From a virus (taxonomy: Duplodnaviria > Caudoviricetes), in the IMG/VR virus record IMGVR_UViG_3300023267_000001, positions 12,043 through 76,042 of that record: a stretch of DNA of 64,000 bases. The stretch is one strand, 5' to 3'. Under the pieces are notes generated by a model. The model did not search any database, was not told the origin of the DNA, and saw only the letters and a list, made by a program, of their open reading frames with translations. How positions within the stretch are numbered: the stretch's first letter is position 1; each line of letters starts with the position of its first letter. The position numbers and the translations under genes are program-made. Positions 33,578 through 44,000 of this stretch are shown here, piece after piece.

Positions 33578-34387
33578 TTATTCCCAATCAATCTCCGGCG
33601 TTTCCGGTGCTTTAACTGCACCAACCAGCCACGCAACAAACGGCATCGCCTGCGTCATTCTGCCGGGGAAGTGAATCACACACGGGCGTGAACCGCTCTT
33701 TAAAACCACAGGCGCATCATCGCGACTCTTGGTGAAATCGTATTCGTTAAACGGCGTGTTCGAGAAATGGTTGAAAACCCGCTGCTCAAAGTCCACGCGC
33801 AATGGAAATGCGTGTTCGACGTAGGCAACCTGCCACATGTGCTGGTCGTTGCTGTATAAAGGTGGATGACTGCTGGCAATCCTGTCCTCTTTTACGAGCT
33901 TGGACAACGCCACCATGCGCGCGTAAGCCACGTTAAACGATTCACGGTTTGCCATCCATGCGCCAGCATTGATGTAATCGAATCCAGAGGCATGTTTTCC
34001 GAATCGTGCCGCCCAAGCTGGGTCGATGTGGTGGGCGCACATCGACGAGCCTGAAATCAGCATCGGCCAGCCAATCGCGTTGAACTCGTCGCAGATGGAT
34101 TGCAGCGACCTAACAAATATGCAGTCGCGCGCATCGACGTAGAGGATGAATTTCACCGATTCCGGCAGGGAATCAATCTTGGGCTTCAACCGAGTCAGCT
34201 TCATCTCGAAACTGTTGTCGATTTCGATGGTGTTGTATTCGTAGCGCTCACCACGCATGAAGGAAATCAGGTTGATGCCCTGCGTCTTGGCCGATTGTTG
34301 CATGAATCCAGCGGTGGATGGAACGTCTTGCTTGCGTTCGTATGCAAGAATGCTGACCACGGAGGTATTTTCGGGGGTTGCAATCAT
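33578..34387 (-). CDS. PLOD/LH3 GT-domain-like glycosyltransferase
   Basis: KLTRL, ILYVDARD, YINAGAWM, NDQHMW, VDFEQRVF match the PLOD N-terminal GT motif order. Confidence 0.7.
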   Translation of the reverse strand: MIATPENTSVVSILAYERKQDVPSTAGFMQQSAKTQGINLISFMRGERYEYNTIEIDNSFEMKLTRLKPKIDSLPESVKFILYVDARDCIFVRSLQSICDEFNAIGWPMLISGSSMCAHHIDPAWAARFGKHASGFDYINAGAWMANRESFNVAYARMVALSKLVKEDRIASSHPPLYSNDQHMWQVAYVEHAFPLRVDFEQRVFNHFSNTPFNEYDFTKSRDDAPVVLKSGSRPCVIHFPGRMTQAMPFVAWLVGAVKAPETPEIDWE

Positions 34388-34980
34388 TTTTTTGGTAGCC
34401 AACTTCCTGACCAATGGTGAATCGCGTAACTATCCTGATGCGCCAATCGTTCATGTGCTGGCGAGTCATGCAGGAACGGGTAAAAGAACTCTGTCGGCAG
34501 AATCGTAACGCCTTCTCGTGGCGCGCGCGTAGCGATATAGACTCCAAATGCCGCGTCTTGAGTCTTTAGCGCATCTTCATTCTCAATCTGCCAACGAATC
34601 CAAGGATGGCCTGCTGACGCCCCTAGGATTGCATTACAGACGCGGCCAACATCTTTCTCAAACATGATTTTGTCCTGCAATGCGCAGAACGCACTCAAGT
34701 CCAGAAGCGTGTCGAATGGTTTTAAAACCTCCACATCAGAATCGAGATACACGCCCCCAAATTTATCCAGAGCGTGAAGCCTGACAATGTTTGAAAGGCT
34801 GGCAAAATTCTGACAGTCGGACATCAGCGCGTTGTAATCCAGCCCAAGGTCGGCGATGTTGTTTTCATTCCAGTAGAAAATCTCCCAATCTTGATGATGC
34901 TTGAGCGCGGTTTTGCGACATCGTTCAGAGGGGGCATCGAGCGAACCGAAATGCACAAAATGTAGGTTTTTTGGAATCAT
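34384..34980 (-). CDS. GT32 (DXD sugar-binding) glycosyltransferase
   Basis: IPKNLHFVHFG, SNIVRL..GGVYLDSDV, FYP, HHWSGSW. Confidence 0.9.
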   Translation of the reverse strand: MIPKNLHFVHFGSLDAPSERCRKTALKHHQDWEIFYWNENNIADLGLDYNALMSDCQNFASLSNIVRLHALDKFGGVYLDSDVEVLKPFDTLLDLSAFCALQDKIMFEKDVGRVCNAILGASAGHPWIRWQIENEDALKTQDAAFGVYIATRAPREGVTILPTEFFYPFLHDSPAHERLAHQDSYAIHHWSGSWLPKK

Positions 34981-35549
34981 TAGATTTTACGCAGGCAGAA
35001 CGACGGGAACTCCTCTTCGCTGACGGCCACGAGTTTCCAGTCAGTTTCTTTGCAGAATTGGGCGACTGCTTTTTGGACTCCCCAACCGTATTTAACAGCC
35101 GTCGGATGGTCATCGCAGAAGTCGTGGCCCATTATTGACGCCGAGGGGGACATAACTCTTGACCACGCCCGAAGGTCGGCTAGAACGGAATCGTAATCGT
35201 GCGCGGCATCTAAAAAAACACCGTCAAACGTCACCCTGTTTTCAAAAGCCATTTCAGCGGCCCCAAGCGAATCCATTCTCATTATGGCATATCTGCCGCC
35301 ATGCCTGTGGCCTTGGATATTTTCCAGTGTTTCAAGATAGTTCGCCTCGTGGTCAACTGACGGGTCGGCAAGCGGGTCATTGTAATCATCGCGCTTTCTC
35401 CAGCTATCTACGAGCCAGACATGATTCAAGTTTGGCAGGCTTAAAATCTCGTTTGAGAAATATCCGCGCCAAACTCCGACTTCTGCGATGCTGGAGCCTT
35501 TGGGCAAACTCGCAATCATTTCAATCCGCGTCTTGAATTTTTGAATCAT
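34980..35549 (-). CDS. class I SAM methyltransferase (Methyltransf_24-like)
   Basis: AEVGVWRG, LVDSW, FLDAAHDY, GHDF. Confidence 0.9.
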   Translation of the reverse strand: MIQKFKTRIEMIASLPKGSSIAEVGVWRGYFSNEILSLPNLNHVWLVDSWRKRDDYNDPLADPSVDHEANYLETLENIQGHRHGGRYAIMRMDSLGAAEMAFENRVTFDGVFLDAAHDYDSVLADLRAWSRVMSPSASIMGHDFCDDHPTAVKYGWGVQKAVAQFCKETDWKLVAVSEEEFPSFCLRKI

Positions 35550-36082
35550 AACTTTTGAAACGCGATGAAGCTGTCGGCAGAGTCGAATTTGGGCATTAGG
35601 TTTCTAATTCCATCGGCCTGCAATTCCTTAATCGCTTTCGTCCCACCTTCAAACATAGGGTTTCCATTGTCGTGAAAGCTGAAAATACCACCATTAACCA
35701 AAGCTGGAAAGAATTTATCAAACACGGCAATCGTGTCATCGTAGGTGTGAGAATGGTCAACAAAAATAAAACTCAGCCCCGTCTCCTGTTTCAACTCCGT
35801 CTTGTTGAAATCCTCGTTCAGAATATCAACCTGTCCAGCGTGTCCGTGTCGCACGAGATTGGCGAACAGCGTATCGCACTGACCTTGCTCGATGCAGATA
35901 AGCCGCTTGTCAGACCGCAGGACGGAGCAGATTACCAATGCGCTTAAACCGTTCAGCGAACCGATTTCAAGCGCGTGGCCGTCAAGGTGCGCCGTGGCTA
36001 GAACGCAGCGTTGGATGGCCTGACGTTCACCCTCGGTTAAATAACCAAGGACTTCTGGAAATTTGCCGGAGGAGTTTTTCAT
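35546..36082 (-). CDS. class I SAM methyltransferase (Methyltransf_24-like)
   Basis: LEIGSLNG, FVDHSHTY, GGIFSFHD. Confidence 0.85.
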   Translation of the reverse strand: MKNSSGKFPEVLGYLTEGERQAIQRCVLATAHLDGHALEIGSLNGLSALVICSVLRSDKRLICIEQGQCDTLFANLVRHGHAGQVDILNEDFNKTELKQETGLSFIFVDHSHTYDDTIAVFDKFFPALVNGGIFSFHDNGNPMFEGGTKAIKELQADGIRNLMPKFDSADSFIAFQKL

Positions 36083-36462
36083 ACAATAAACCTCCAGACT
36101 GCCCAGATGGTTACGATATGCCAGACGTTATCGACCACAATCATGCTCCACGGCGCACATGGGCCGGTGCGAAATTTGTGTTGTCCGATTAAATCCATCC
36201 ACCAAGAAATGATGTTGGTGCGGTCTTGGATAAAGTGAGTCCAGAAAAGAATTTGCCAAGTCCATGCCGCGTTGCCAGTCCATAATGGAGTCAACCAATT
36301 ATCCCATCCAGCAAACAGGCAAACAGTGATTGACCATATCAATGCATGAACACAACAATGAAATGAGCTTTTCTTTTTGTTAAGGGCTTGCCAATCATTT
36401 TGAAGCAGGTAGTCGCCGACAAGGTGGCCGATGATGGCGAGCGTTAGGGTGTTTTGATTCAT
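36079..36462 (-). CDS. DUF3307 membrane protein
   Basis: HLVGDYLLQ..K..H..HFIQD..DNVWH. Confidence 0.8.
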   Translation of the reverse strand: MNQNTLTLAIIGHLVGDYLLQNDWQALNKKKSSFHCCVHALIWSITVCLFAGWDNWLTPLWTGNAAWTWQILFWTHFIQDRTNIISWWMDLIGQHKFRTGPCAPWSMIVVDNVWHIVTIWAVWRFIV

Positions 36463-36911
36463 TTTGTCAGGCGGAATCTGGCAGATTCCAGTTCATCTTT
36501 GGCTTCTCCGATTACGCGCCAATGGCCATAAATGGCGGGTCGTTTTCCATCACCATCAATGTCGCGCGCGATGTCTCGGAATCCGGCCAAGGAAAGAAAC
36601 GAGGCGAGAGATTGTTCTGTCCAAAAACTTAAATGCCCATGACCCAATAAAATATCTCTGGCATGGTCTGGCTCCAGTCGGTCAACAACAGGGCAGGAAA
36701 TATGCAGCAATCCTCCAGATTTAAGGATTCTCCTTGCCTCAATAAGAAACCTGAAAAAGTCTTGGGGCGCACAGTGTTCCCCGCAGTGTTCAAGAAGAAC
36801 CTCTTGCACTGATTCAGATTCGTATGGCAGCGGCTTTGTTATGTCAACCTCAGCGTCGTGGTTATTCCAGCCTTCAAGCTGATTGCCTCCAGAGCCGAAT
36901 TGAATTTTCAT
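36459..36911 (-). CDS. small SAM methyltransferase (type 11-like)
   Basis: IQFGSG..GWNNHD..DITKPLPY..LEH..RRILKSGG. Confidence 0.85.
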   Translation of the reverse strand: MKIQFGSGGNQLEGWNNHDAEVDITKPLPYESESVQEVLLEHCGEHCAPQDFFRFLIEARRILKSGGLLHISCPVVDRLEPDHARDILLGHGHLSFWTEQSLASFLSLAGFRDIARDIDGDGKRPAIYGHWRVIGEAKDELESARFRLTK

Positions 36912-36944
36912 AATTCAGAGAGTGCCAAAAGTGGCGTTGTCTTG

Positions 36945-37652
36945 TCAACCAACTTTATGAAAAATCTCCGCGTATGGAAAAGTTAAAACCCAAGGCTTCC
37001 AGTCTGGAACCTCGTTTCGCATTTTCATAATCGCCTCAACCATGCGCGTATTTTCAGGAGATTGACGCGGAAGATTACAGCGCGCGTCGGGAACCACACC
37101 GGCAAAACGGATGATGTTCGCGGCCAGATTCCGCTTCATAAATCCGGCAGGCTGGATGCGCTTTTCAAACTCGCCGTCGTTTCCGTAAGTGCCGACGAAT
37201 CTTTCATCGTGACCACCGATTTCCCAGAACGCTTTTTTGGTCAGGAACCAAGAATTTTTGTGCGGAGGATTCGGTTTCATGTCGGGGTATTGCATTCGGC
37301 TGAAAGTATAAACCGCCTTTGGGTCGAAGTTTCCATAAACCAGATACTCCATTGTTTCCACGGGAACAACATGGTCGATGTCCGTCATTAAAAGCCAGTC
37401 TCCAGAAGCCTTGGCAGCAGCGAGGTTTCGGCAGAATTGCCAGTTCCAAAGCGCGTCGATTCCGGTTCTGAAAAAACGCGATTTCAGATTTAGACTGGGG
37501 ACGACAAGCGGATGCTTCGGCGAACAATCGTCGGTCACAATGAGTTCAAGCTTTGAGCGGATGTCCTCTGGATAGCCGATTATGACCTTTAGCTGATGCT
37601 CGAGCATCAGTGGATTATCGTAAAACGGAAAAGTTAAAGTGAGCCGGTTCAT
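36945..37652 (-). CDS. GT2/GT7-like glycosyltransferase
   Basis: VTDDCS, RNLAA, MTDIDH, IGGHDERFVGTYGND. Confidence 0.85.
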   Translation of the reverse strand: MNRLTLTFPFYDNPLMLEHQLKVIIGYPEDIRSKLELIVTDDCSPKHPLVVPSLNLKSRFFRTGIDALWNWQFCRNLAAAKASGDWLLMTDIDHVVPVETMEYLVYGNFDPKAVYTFSRMQYPDMKPNPPHKNSWFLTKKAFWEIGGHDERFVGTYGNDGEFEKRIQPAGFMKRNLAANIIRFAGVVPDARCNLPRQSPENTRMVEAIMKMRNEVPDWKPWVLTFPYAEIFHKVG

Positions 37653-38626
37653 AAAAAGGGAATGGATTCCAGAATGAAACCGCAAGCCCCTCTGTGTCCT
37701 CCACCGCCATGTTTTTTAGCTATGGCAGAAAGGTCTATGCCGGTGTTATGTCGCGCATGATAGAGTGAAAAAATGTAGCGCGCGCCATCGTAATAAAAAC
37801 CCATTAAAGCATCGTGGCCTGTCTTTGGCACATCTTTTGAGCTAAACGTCAAGCTGTTGAACCTGATTGAATTTAGGCATAGAAATTTCAATCCTTCCCA
37901 TTCAACTAAAAAGCTTCGCTCCATTGCGCCCCTGTCAATACTGCGCTGGTATTCTTGCAGCAATGCGCCATCGTCAAGCATGGCCGCAACAGTGCTTGGG
38001 ATGGAACCCCCGTCCTTCGGAAAGGATAGCAAGTCTCCTTCTTTGACTTGATTATATTGAAGCATACACCGCCAAGTTTCAGCGTTTAGCTCACGACTTC
38101 GCAGCCCAAACTGGAATGTTTCGGCATTGTGGTCGCGTTTGTCCCAGATGTCGTATTCACCAGCGAGACGCACGGCGTATGGCTCCAAAACATCTCGGTT
38201 TATGAATTGCTCTTTTGTTGGCAGTGTCAGAAAAAATTGTTCATTGCGAGCGTTCTGAGCATTGTGCTGGTCAATGGAAAAGTATTGCCAAGCCAAGCGG
38301 CACGCCGCCACCCCGTCGATACGATAGCCCAAGATGTCAGTGGGATGCGTTTCTATGCTAGTTTTGTGGTGGTCAATCCAGATAACTCGATTAAGCAAAA
38401 ATCCTGTTCCGTAAACTTTGTTTTTTGAAAAATCATCAAATCCAAAAACACGGTCAACTGGCAAGTCGAGGACATAAACCATGCCTGATTCTGGAAATTT
38501 TAGGGGCTTGTCTTTGTAATCCCACCCAATGTATTCAACATCGCTTGTGCCAAGAAAATGCTTTGAGACTTCGCGGCAGAAGATTCCATCGAAGTCAGCG
38601 GAGTGGTAAATGACAGTTGTTTTCAT
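37649..38626 (-). CDS. DHH/DHHA1 phosphoesterase
   Basis: YHSADFDG, VLD, WIDHH, GGGGHRGACGF. Confidence 0.85.
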   Translation of the reverse strand: MKTTVIYHSADFDGIFCREVSKHFLGTSDVEYIGWDYKDKPLKFPESGMVYVLDLPVDRVFGFDDFSKNKVYGTGFLLNRVIWIDHHKTSIETHPTDILGYRIDGVAACRLAWQYFSIDQHNAQNARNEQFFLTLPTKEQFINRDVLEPYAVRLAGEYDIWDKRDHNAETFQFGLRSRELNAETWRCMLQYNQVKEGDLLSFPKDGGSIPSTVAAMLDDGALLQEYQRSIDRGAMERSFLVEWEGLKFLCLNSIRFNSLTFSSKDVPKTGHDALMGFYYDGARYIFSLYHARHNTGIDLSAIAKKHGGGGHRGACGFILESIPFL

Positions 38627-38629
38627 AAT

Positions 38630-40972
38630 TTAAATGCAGTTGTTTTCTGTAAAGTGTAAATCAGGCAGGTTTTTAGCAGCCCAATCCTTGAAAATCTTGC
38701 CGTTGTGCAAATTCGCTGGCGATGTGTGGACATACCCGCTCTTGGCCCAAGCTGACTCGTGAGAGATGTGAAAAATATAACCCTTGGGACACTCCGCTGG
38801 GAAAATATGTTTCAAGAAACTGGCCCTGTCTGACTTTATTCCGTGGTAAAGCCGGATTAGCGCAGTCATCATAACGTCCCAGTTTGCGGCGGCTAGAATT
38901 GGCTCCCCCAACTCATCCCAATGTTTCACCAGCCATGACTTTTTGAAAACAAAAAGGTCGCGACCAAAGTGGGGTTGCGCGTTTTTTGCCATCTCGACCG
39001 GATTCAATGCGCGGGTTGCGACTGCATGTTTAATCTCAACCCTTTGGCTCGAACAGGCATCATAAACCGACCCGTAAAAACGAATCATTTCAGGTAAGTC
39101 GAGGTGTAGGATATTGTCGTCATTCGTAAAAAAAATTAAATCGTTGTCGTCAGCCTGCTCCATCGCCATCTTGAGCAAATCTTTCAAATATGGCAATGCG
39201 CGCGGCTCACCAATCTCCCGTGCGTCACGCGGATATTTCCACATGTGAACCGGCAACACTTTTCCCGTGGCGTAGATGGCATCCCAAGAGTCGTTGCAAG
39301 CCCTCTTCCTGTTCGCGGTGTCGATGTTGGTTTCCTCGTGGCGTTCGGTGATGTGGAACAGGCGCACGGATGGGGCGGGCTTGATTGGTGTTTTCCCAAT
39401 CGGGTTTGCCGCGCCATCCCCAAGACTTTTGTGCCACTTATCCGCTGCAATTATTTTACCAATGCCTTCAAAAACTCGCTGCTTCGTGGCTTCCGCGTAG
39501 GTAATTCGCTCAAAGCAGTTGCAACGCAACATGCTGCCAGCCCAAGGCTGGGGATTCACCAACGCCACCACGGGCACGCTAGACGCAGCGGCAAGGTGTA
39601 ATAGTGCGGTGTCGATACTCACAAGTCCGATGGCGTTATCCATCAGCCCAATGATGTCATAAATCTTTTCAGCGCGAACCTTGTCTAAATCAACCACGTT
39701 TAAAGATTCGCCGAACGCCTTCTTGATTTCTTCAAGCAGGGCAACTCCACCTGAAAACGGCGAACTGACTCCAGACGTGACTTGAACCAATAGCATTGGT
39801 TTGTCTGTGGATAACTTGGTGACAAGCTGCGCCTCGCGGTGGGCATCTCGCCGGTCAAAAACCAAATCCAGCGACGGGTCTTTGAAGCGGTGTTCAAATC
39901 CGAGCATTTTCCACGACTGGACATTATAGCTCGCGCATGTTTTCTCTGGCGTATAATTCTTTCCGTAGATTTGAGCCTGCAACACTATGGGGAACTTTGG
40001 ACGAGCAATATCCATCGCGGTCAATACGCGGCTGTAATCAATGTCCACGATTTCAGGAATGACGTAGCTGACGCCTTCAAGGACGGATGCGAACTCACGG
40101 GACACCATCAGGTGAGGCTTGGCGTAGTTTTCAGCGATGTGCTTGCAAATTGGAAGGATGTTCACGATGTCTCCAAAGCGGCCCAACTCGACGATGCACA
40201 CCGGCCATTTATGATTCTTCTTCTGGTTATACGCATCCATAAAATCCTGCATCATCTTCTTCGGGTCGTGTTCCAGAAACGGCTTCAAAATAATGTCGCC
40301 AGTTTTCTCCGAACCAACGCGAATCCTGCGGCGCAAATCTTCGGCAATGCGGTCATGCGCGGTTTGAAATCCTTTTTTGTCCTCGCCCATGCCGGAGACG
40401 TGGTGCGAACCGTTTCCCCAAGAATAGAAGAATGAGATTTCATTATCCACCAGATTGAAAACGCGGCCAGATAGTTGCGATGTCAGCCTGCCGACAAAAT
40501 TCCTGTCCTCGCCAACGGTGAACTTATCGGAATATTTTCCAACTTTTTCCCACGCTTTTTTCGTGAATGCGAAACACGGCATCTGACCACCGACAATCTT
40601 GGATATTTTGAACTGCTCGCAAAAAAATTGCTTGTCGAGATGGACCCAGTTATGACCACCTTCAAATCCTGCGGCAAAGTTGCGCAGGTGGTTTTCGCCA
40701 AAAATATCGTCATCGTCATAAGTCACGATATGCGTTCCATCCGCGTGCTCAACAGCGATATTGCGCGCGGCTCCAAGCGAGATTGGCCGCTCTTTCAGAT
40801 TGATTATTTTGACGTTCTGAAAGTCGCCGTAAAGCGTTTGCTGTGGGCAGGTATTCAGGATTAAAAGCTGCGACTTGCCATCGTATTTCTGGTTTAGGAA
40901 ACAGGCGATGGCTTGTTCGAGGAATTTAACTCTCCCAAAAGTGACGCAGGCTGCGGTTATGAATGGATTCAT
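38630..40972 (-). CDS. tri-domain glycosyltransferase fusion (GT2 + GT9-like + GT-A-like)
   Basis: RNIAVE..YDDDD; LGRFGDIV..SIDTALLHLAAA; LPYLKD..FTNDD..GRDLF..H. Confidence 0.8.
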   Translation of the reverse strand: MNPFITAACVTFGRVKFLEQAIACFLNQKYDGKSQLLILNTCPQQTLYGDFQNVKIINLKERPISLGAARNIAVEHADGTHIVTYDDDDIFGENHLRNFAAGFEGGHNWVHLDKQFFCEQFKISKIVGGQMPCFAFTKKAWEKVGKYSDKFTVGEDRNFVGRLTSQLSGRVFNLVDNEISFFYSWGNGSHHVSGMGEDKKGFQTAHDRIAEDLRRRIRVGSEKTGDIILKPFLEHDPKKMMQDFMDAYNQKKNHKWPVCIVELGRFGDIVNILPICKHIAENYAKPHLMVSREFASVLEGVSYVIPEIVDIDYSRVLTAMDIARPKFPIVLQAQIYGKNYTPEKTCASYNVQSWKMLGFEHRFKDPSLDLVFDRRDAHREAQLVTKLSTDKPMLLVQVTSGVSSPFSGGVALLEEIKKAFGESLNVVDLDKVRAEKIYDIIGLMDNAIGLVSIDTALLHLAAASSVPVVALVNPQPWAGSMLRCNCFERITYAEATKQRVFEGIGKIIAADKWHKSLGDGAANPIGKTPIKPAPSVRLFHITERHEETNIDTANRKRACNDSWDAIYATGKVLPVHMWKYPRDAREIGEPRALPYLKDLLKMAMEQADDNDLIFFTNDDNILHLDLPEMIRFYGSVYDACSSQRVEIKHAVATRALNPVEMAKNAQPHFGRDLFVFKKSWLVKHWDELGEPILAAANWDVMMTALIRLYHGIKSDRASFLKHIFPAECPKGYIFHISHESAWAKSGYVHTSPANLHNGKIFKDWAAKNLPDLHFTENNCI

Positions 40973-41025
40973 GCTCGTCCACAGACCATGCCACATTTGG
41001 CGGTGTCTAGTCCAGATAATTTATC

Positions 41026-44000
41026 TCAAGAGGACGAGATATTCAGCGACCAAGAACCAATGGCCCCCGTGTCAGACGAAGAAACATCTTGAACCCACAG
41101 AAGCCAGACACCATTCGGATTTTTCCCGATGAATGCAGCCAATGTGAGATTCGGAGTTCCAGACGGACATGGCAGCGGGAAGGCTGAAAACACTCCGAGT
41201 TGCGACGGTTTGAAAGTTCCGCTGACCATTGTGGAGCCAGATATTGAGCTACCAGACGCGTCGTCCAGAACCAGATTGATTCCAGTCACAGGCACGTTGC
41301 CGCCCACGTTGCGTAACACGTTTACCAGTGTTCCATCGGGAGCCATCAAAATTATCGAAACGTCGTTAGGTCGCTGGTGCTGATAGCCATTGATTGCCAG
41401 CGTGACCTTCGTAATCAGGCCAGTTAGCCCACTGACGCAGGCAACGCTCGGATAAGGCGTTGCCTTGCCAATGTCGTTAATCGTGATTCCATTCGCGCTG
41501 ATGTCAACGCAGGTGCAACTAATCGCGGCGTCTGCCGCAGCTTTGGCCGCTGCTAATGCTTGCGTCTGGGCGTCCAGCAGGCTCACCAAGCTCGTATAGT
41601 TCGCTGTCTTAGTCACAGACTGGCCGGTTTTACCAATGGGGCAATTCGCGGTGTAGGATTCCGTCGCGGTGTAGGCGTTGATGCACTGAATCGCAGCTTG
41701 GGCGGCGGCAAGCGCGGAGTTGTAAGCCTTGGTGTCAGCGTCGGCCTGAGAGATTAAACTGGTTGCCGTGGCTGATTTGCACAGTTCTGGCGTGGCTGCG
41801 AATGCCAGTCCACCAAAGCTGTAAGCTGTCAGCGTGGTCGTCGACTTGTCATAAACCAGTTTGAAATACTTGTAGTTAATCGGGTCAAACGTTCCACAGG
41901 ACGCGATTTGAATCTGTGACGGCCTTGTGATGTCGCCGTTCACATCTGCTGCGAATCCGCGATTGGATGTGAAGTAAATCTTCGTCCAGTTGACGGCATC
42001 ATTTGAACCATAGAGCGAAAGCGCAAACTGGTTCGGAGTCGCAATCATCGTGAACGTGAAGCAGATGATGTTCAGAATAGGTGGCGTGGTGAAATCAAAG
42101 TAGGTGCCATCAGAAACCTCAACTTTCACATTCGGGCCAACAGCATCGTTGTCAGCCGTGACTTGAGTTCCACCACTTGGGCATGTCGCACAAGCCGTCT
42201 GGCTGCTGCTGTAGTTCGTTGGCGGCGTGTAGCCACCGGCCTCAATACTTGGCAGCGGGCTTGGGTCAGGCAACTGGACGCCGGGGGGCGTGTCGAGGCA
42301 ACCAGAGCCATAGCAGTTGTAACCAGCGGCATAACCATATGTTGCCGGACTTCCGCCGAACATCTGGAATCCAGAGATAAAGACGTTGAATCCACTGGTC
42401 GCCAGTGAAACATTCAGGCGGTAATACGAGAATGCCTGCGTGTTGTTGATTTGAAACCGCGTCGGCGGCTGGATGCAAGTTGCGTCAGGCCAAGGATAAT
42501 TCGTCTGGGTGTCCAGTGTAACAAAATTAACGCCGTCATTTGAGCCTTGGAACGTCCAAGTTTTAGGCCCAAGACTGCAACTGGTCGGGCTTGCGTCATA
42601 ATCCACGCCCACAAACTCATAGGCGGTGACAAGCTGCGGGGTTTCAAATTTATACTGTAACCATGCAGGCATCACCGCGCTTTCCCAATAGCTTTGGTGT
42701 GGGTCAAACGGGCCAGCGTTAGGAATGCCGCAGAAGGCTTTCCAAGGCTCCATTGAAAGATTTGGGTCACCATCATGCGAGGGTACATGCGAGCTTGCAG
42801 AGGCCACTCCAGACGGCGTGGTGTCGCTCGTCATCGGCGGTATCAGCGCAACCACTCCGGTTCCGATTGGCACATAGGCTGAACCAATGCCGCAGGCAGG
42901 CGGGATGTAGGTTTCGTTCTCGGTTGAAAAGTCGTCAAACAGCAGAGTTTCAATGTTGGTGGCGTCATCGAATGAAACCGAGTCGAGCAACAATCCTGCG
43001 GCGGGAGCAGCAGCGGGAGTTGCGGTCTGCTGAAACCGAATCCAGACATTGACGTTATCTGGTGCGACGAATGAGAACGACTGCGGTGTGAATCCCTGCT
43101 GATAGTTGTTAATCGTGAATGACTGATTCAGATAATCTACTTGTGAGCCAGTGGTGTTCTGCGTGGGAACAATCGCGCAGGCTGAAATCGTGTTGAGCAG
43201 AATCGCCGCCTGCATGTCGGCCATGTTCATGTGGTCAACATAGACTGGCGCGGTGTTCGCAATGGTGGCAATCAGGTAGTATGGGCTGTCCGGCGACTGG
43301 CCGGTGGTGCGATAGATGTTGATTGCCGTCGCAGATGGATTCGCCGTGGTCTGGACTGAAATGGTGGCGGTGTCGCCGGTCGGTGTCGCCGATGAAACAG
43401 GGCTTCCAATGGTTTCACCATACGCATTGGTGTAGGTGTAAACGTATTTATACGTGGGTGTGTCGCCCAACGGCGCGCCGGATTCATTCACGGTCAGCGC
43501 GGGAGCGATTGATGGATTGGTGAGGCCATCGTTGTTGCGGCCAAAAATCCGCATATTCACCGTGTTTGGAGAACCATTGTATCTTTGGTTTCCAGCCAGA
43601 TTCAAAGACAGGCGATAGTTGTGGCCGGACTGCAACGCAAATGAGTTTTTGGACTCGAACTGACCATTGTGCGGCGAGGAGGAGCCAGCGAGGTCAACGT
43701 AGAGGCTGTTGTTTGGCAGGAAATCCAATAATCCATTACCAATCAAATCCACGTTTCCGCCGTAAACATTCCAGTTTTTGAAAGCGCAGTAATCAAGCTG
43801 GCCTGTGGCGACGTAGGTATCACCGGCAGGGGTGCAGTTGCCCGCGCAGAGATAGCCCTTCATGCCGTTGAAAATCTCAATGGCTTCGGCGGCAACAGCG
43901 TTGTAGGAGTTTAAGAAGAATCCACCGGATGAGAAAGCCTCCAACAGCGAGAATGGAGTTCCGGCAGCGCGAACGCCCAAGCAGATGACGACGCCGCCAG

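Noticed and set aside
31212-40972. GT island as DNA hypermodification or Gtr-type serotype conversion
   Set aside because: Not excluded but disfavoured: I found no hydroxymethylase, thymidylate-synthase-like or base-modifying genes and no GtrA/B-type membrane proteins, and the island lies within the virion operon
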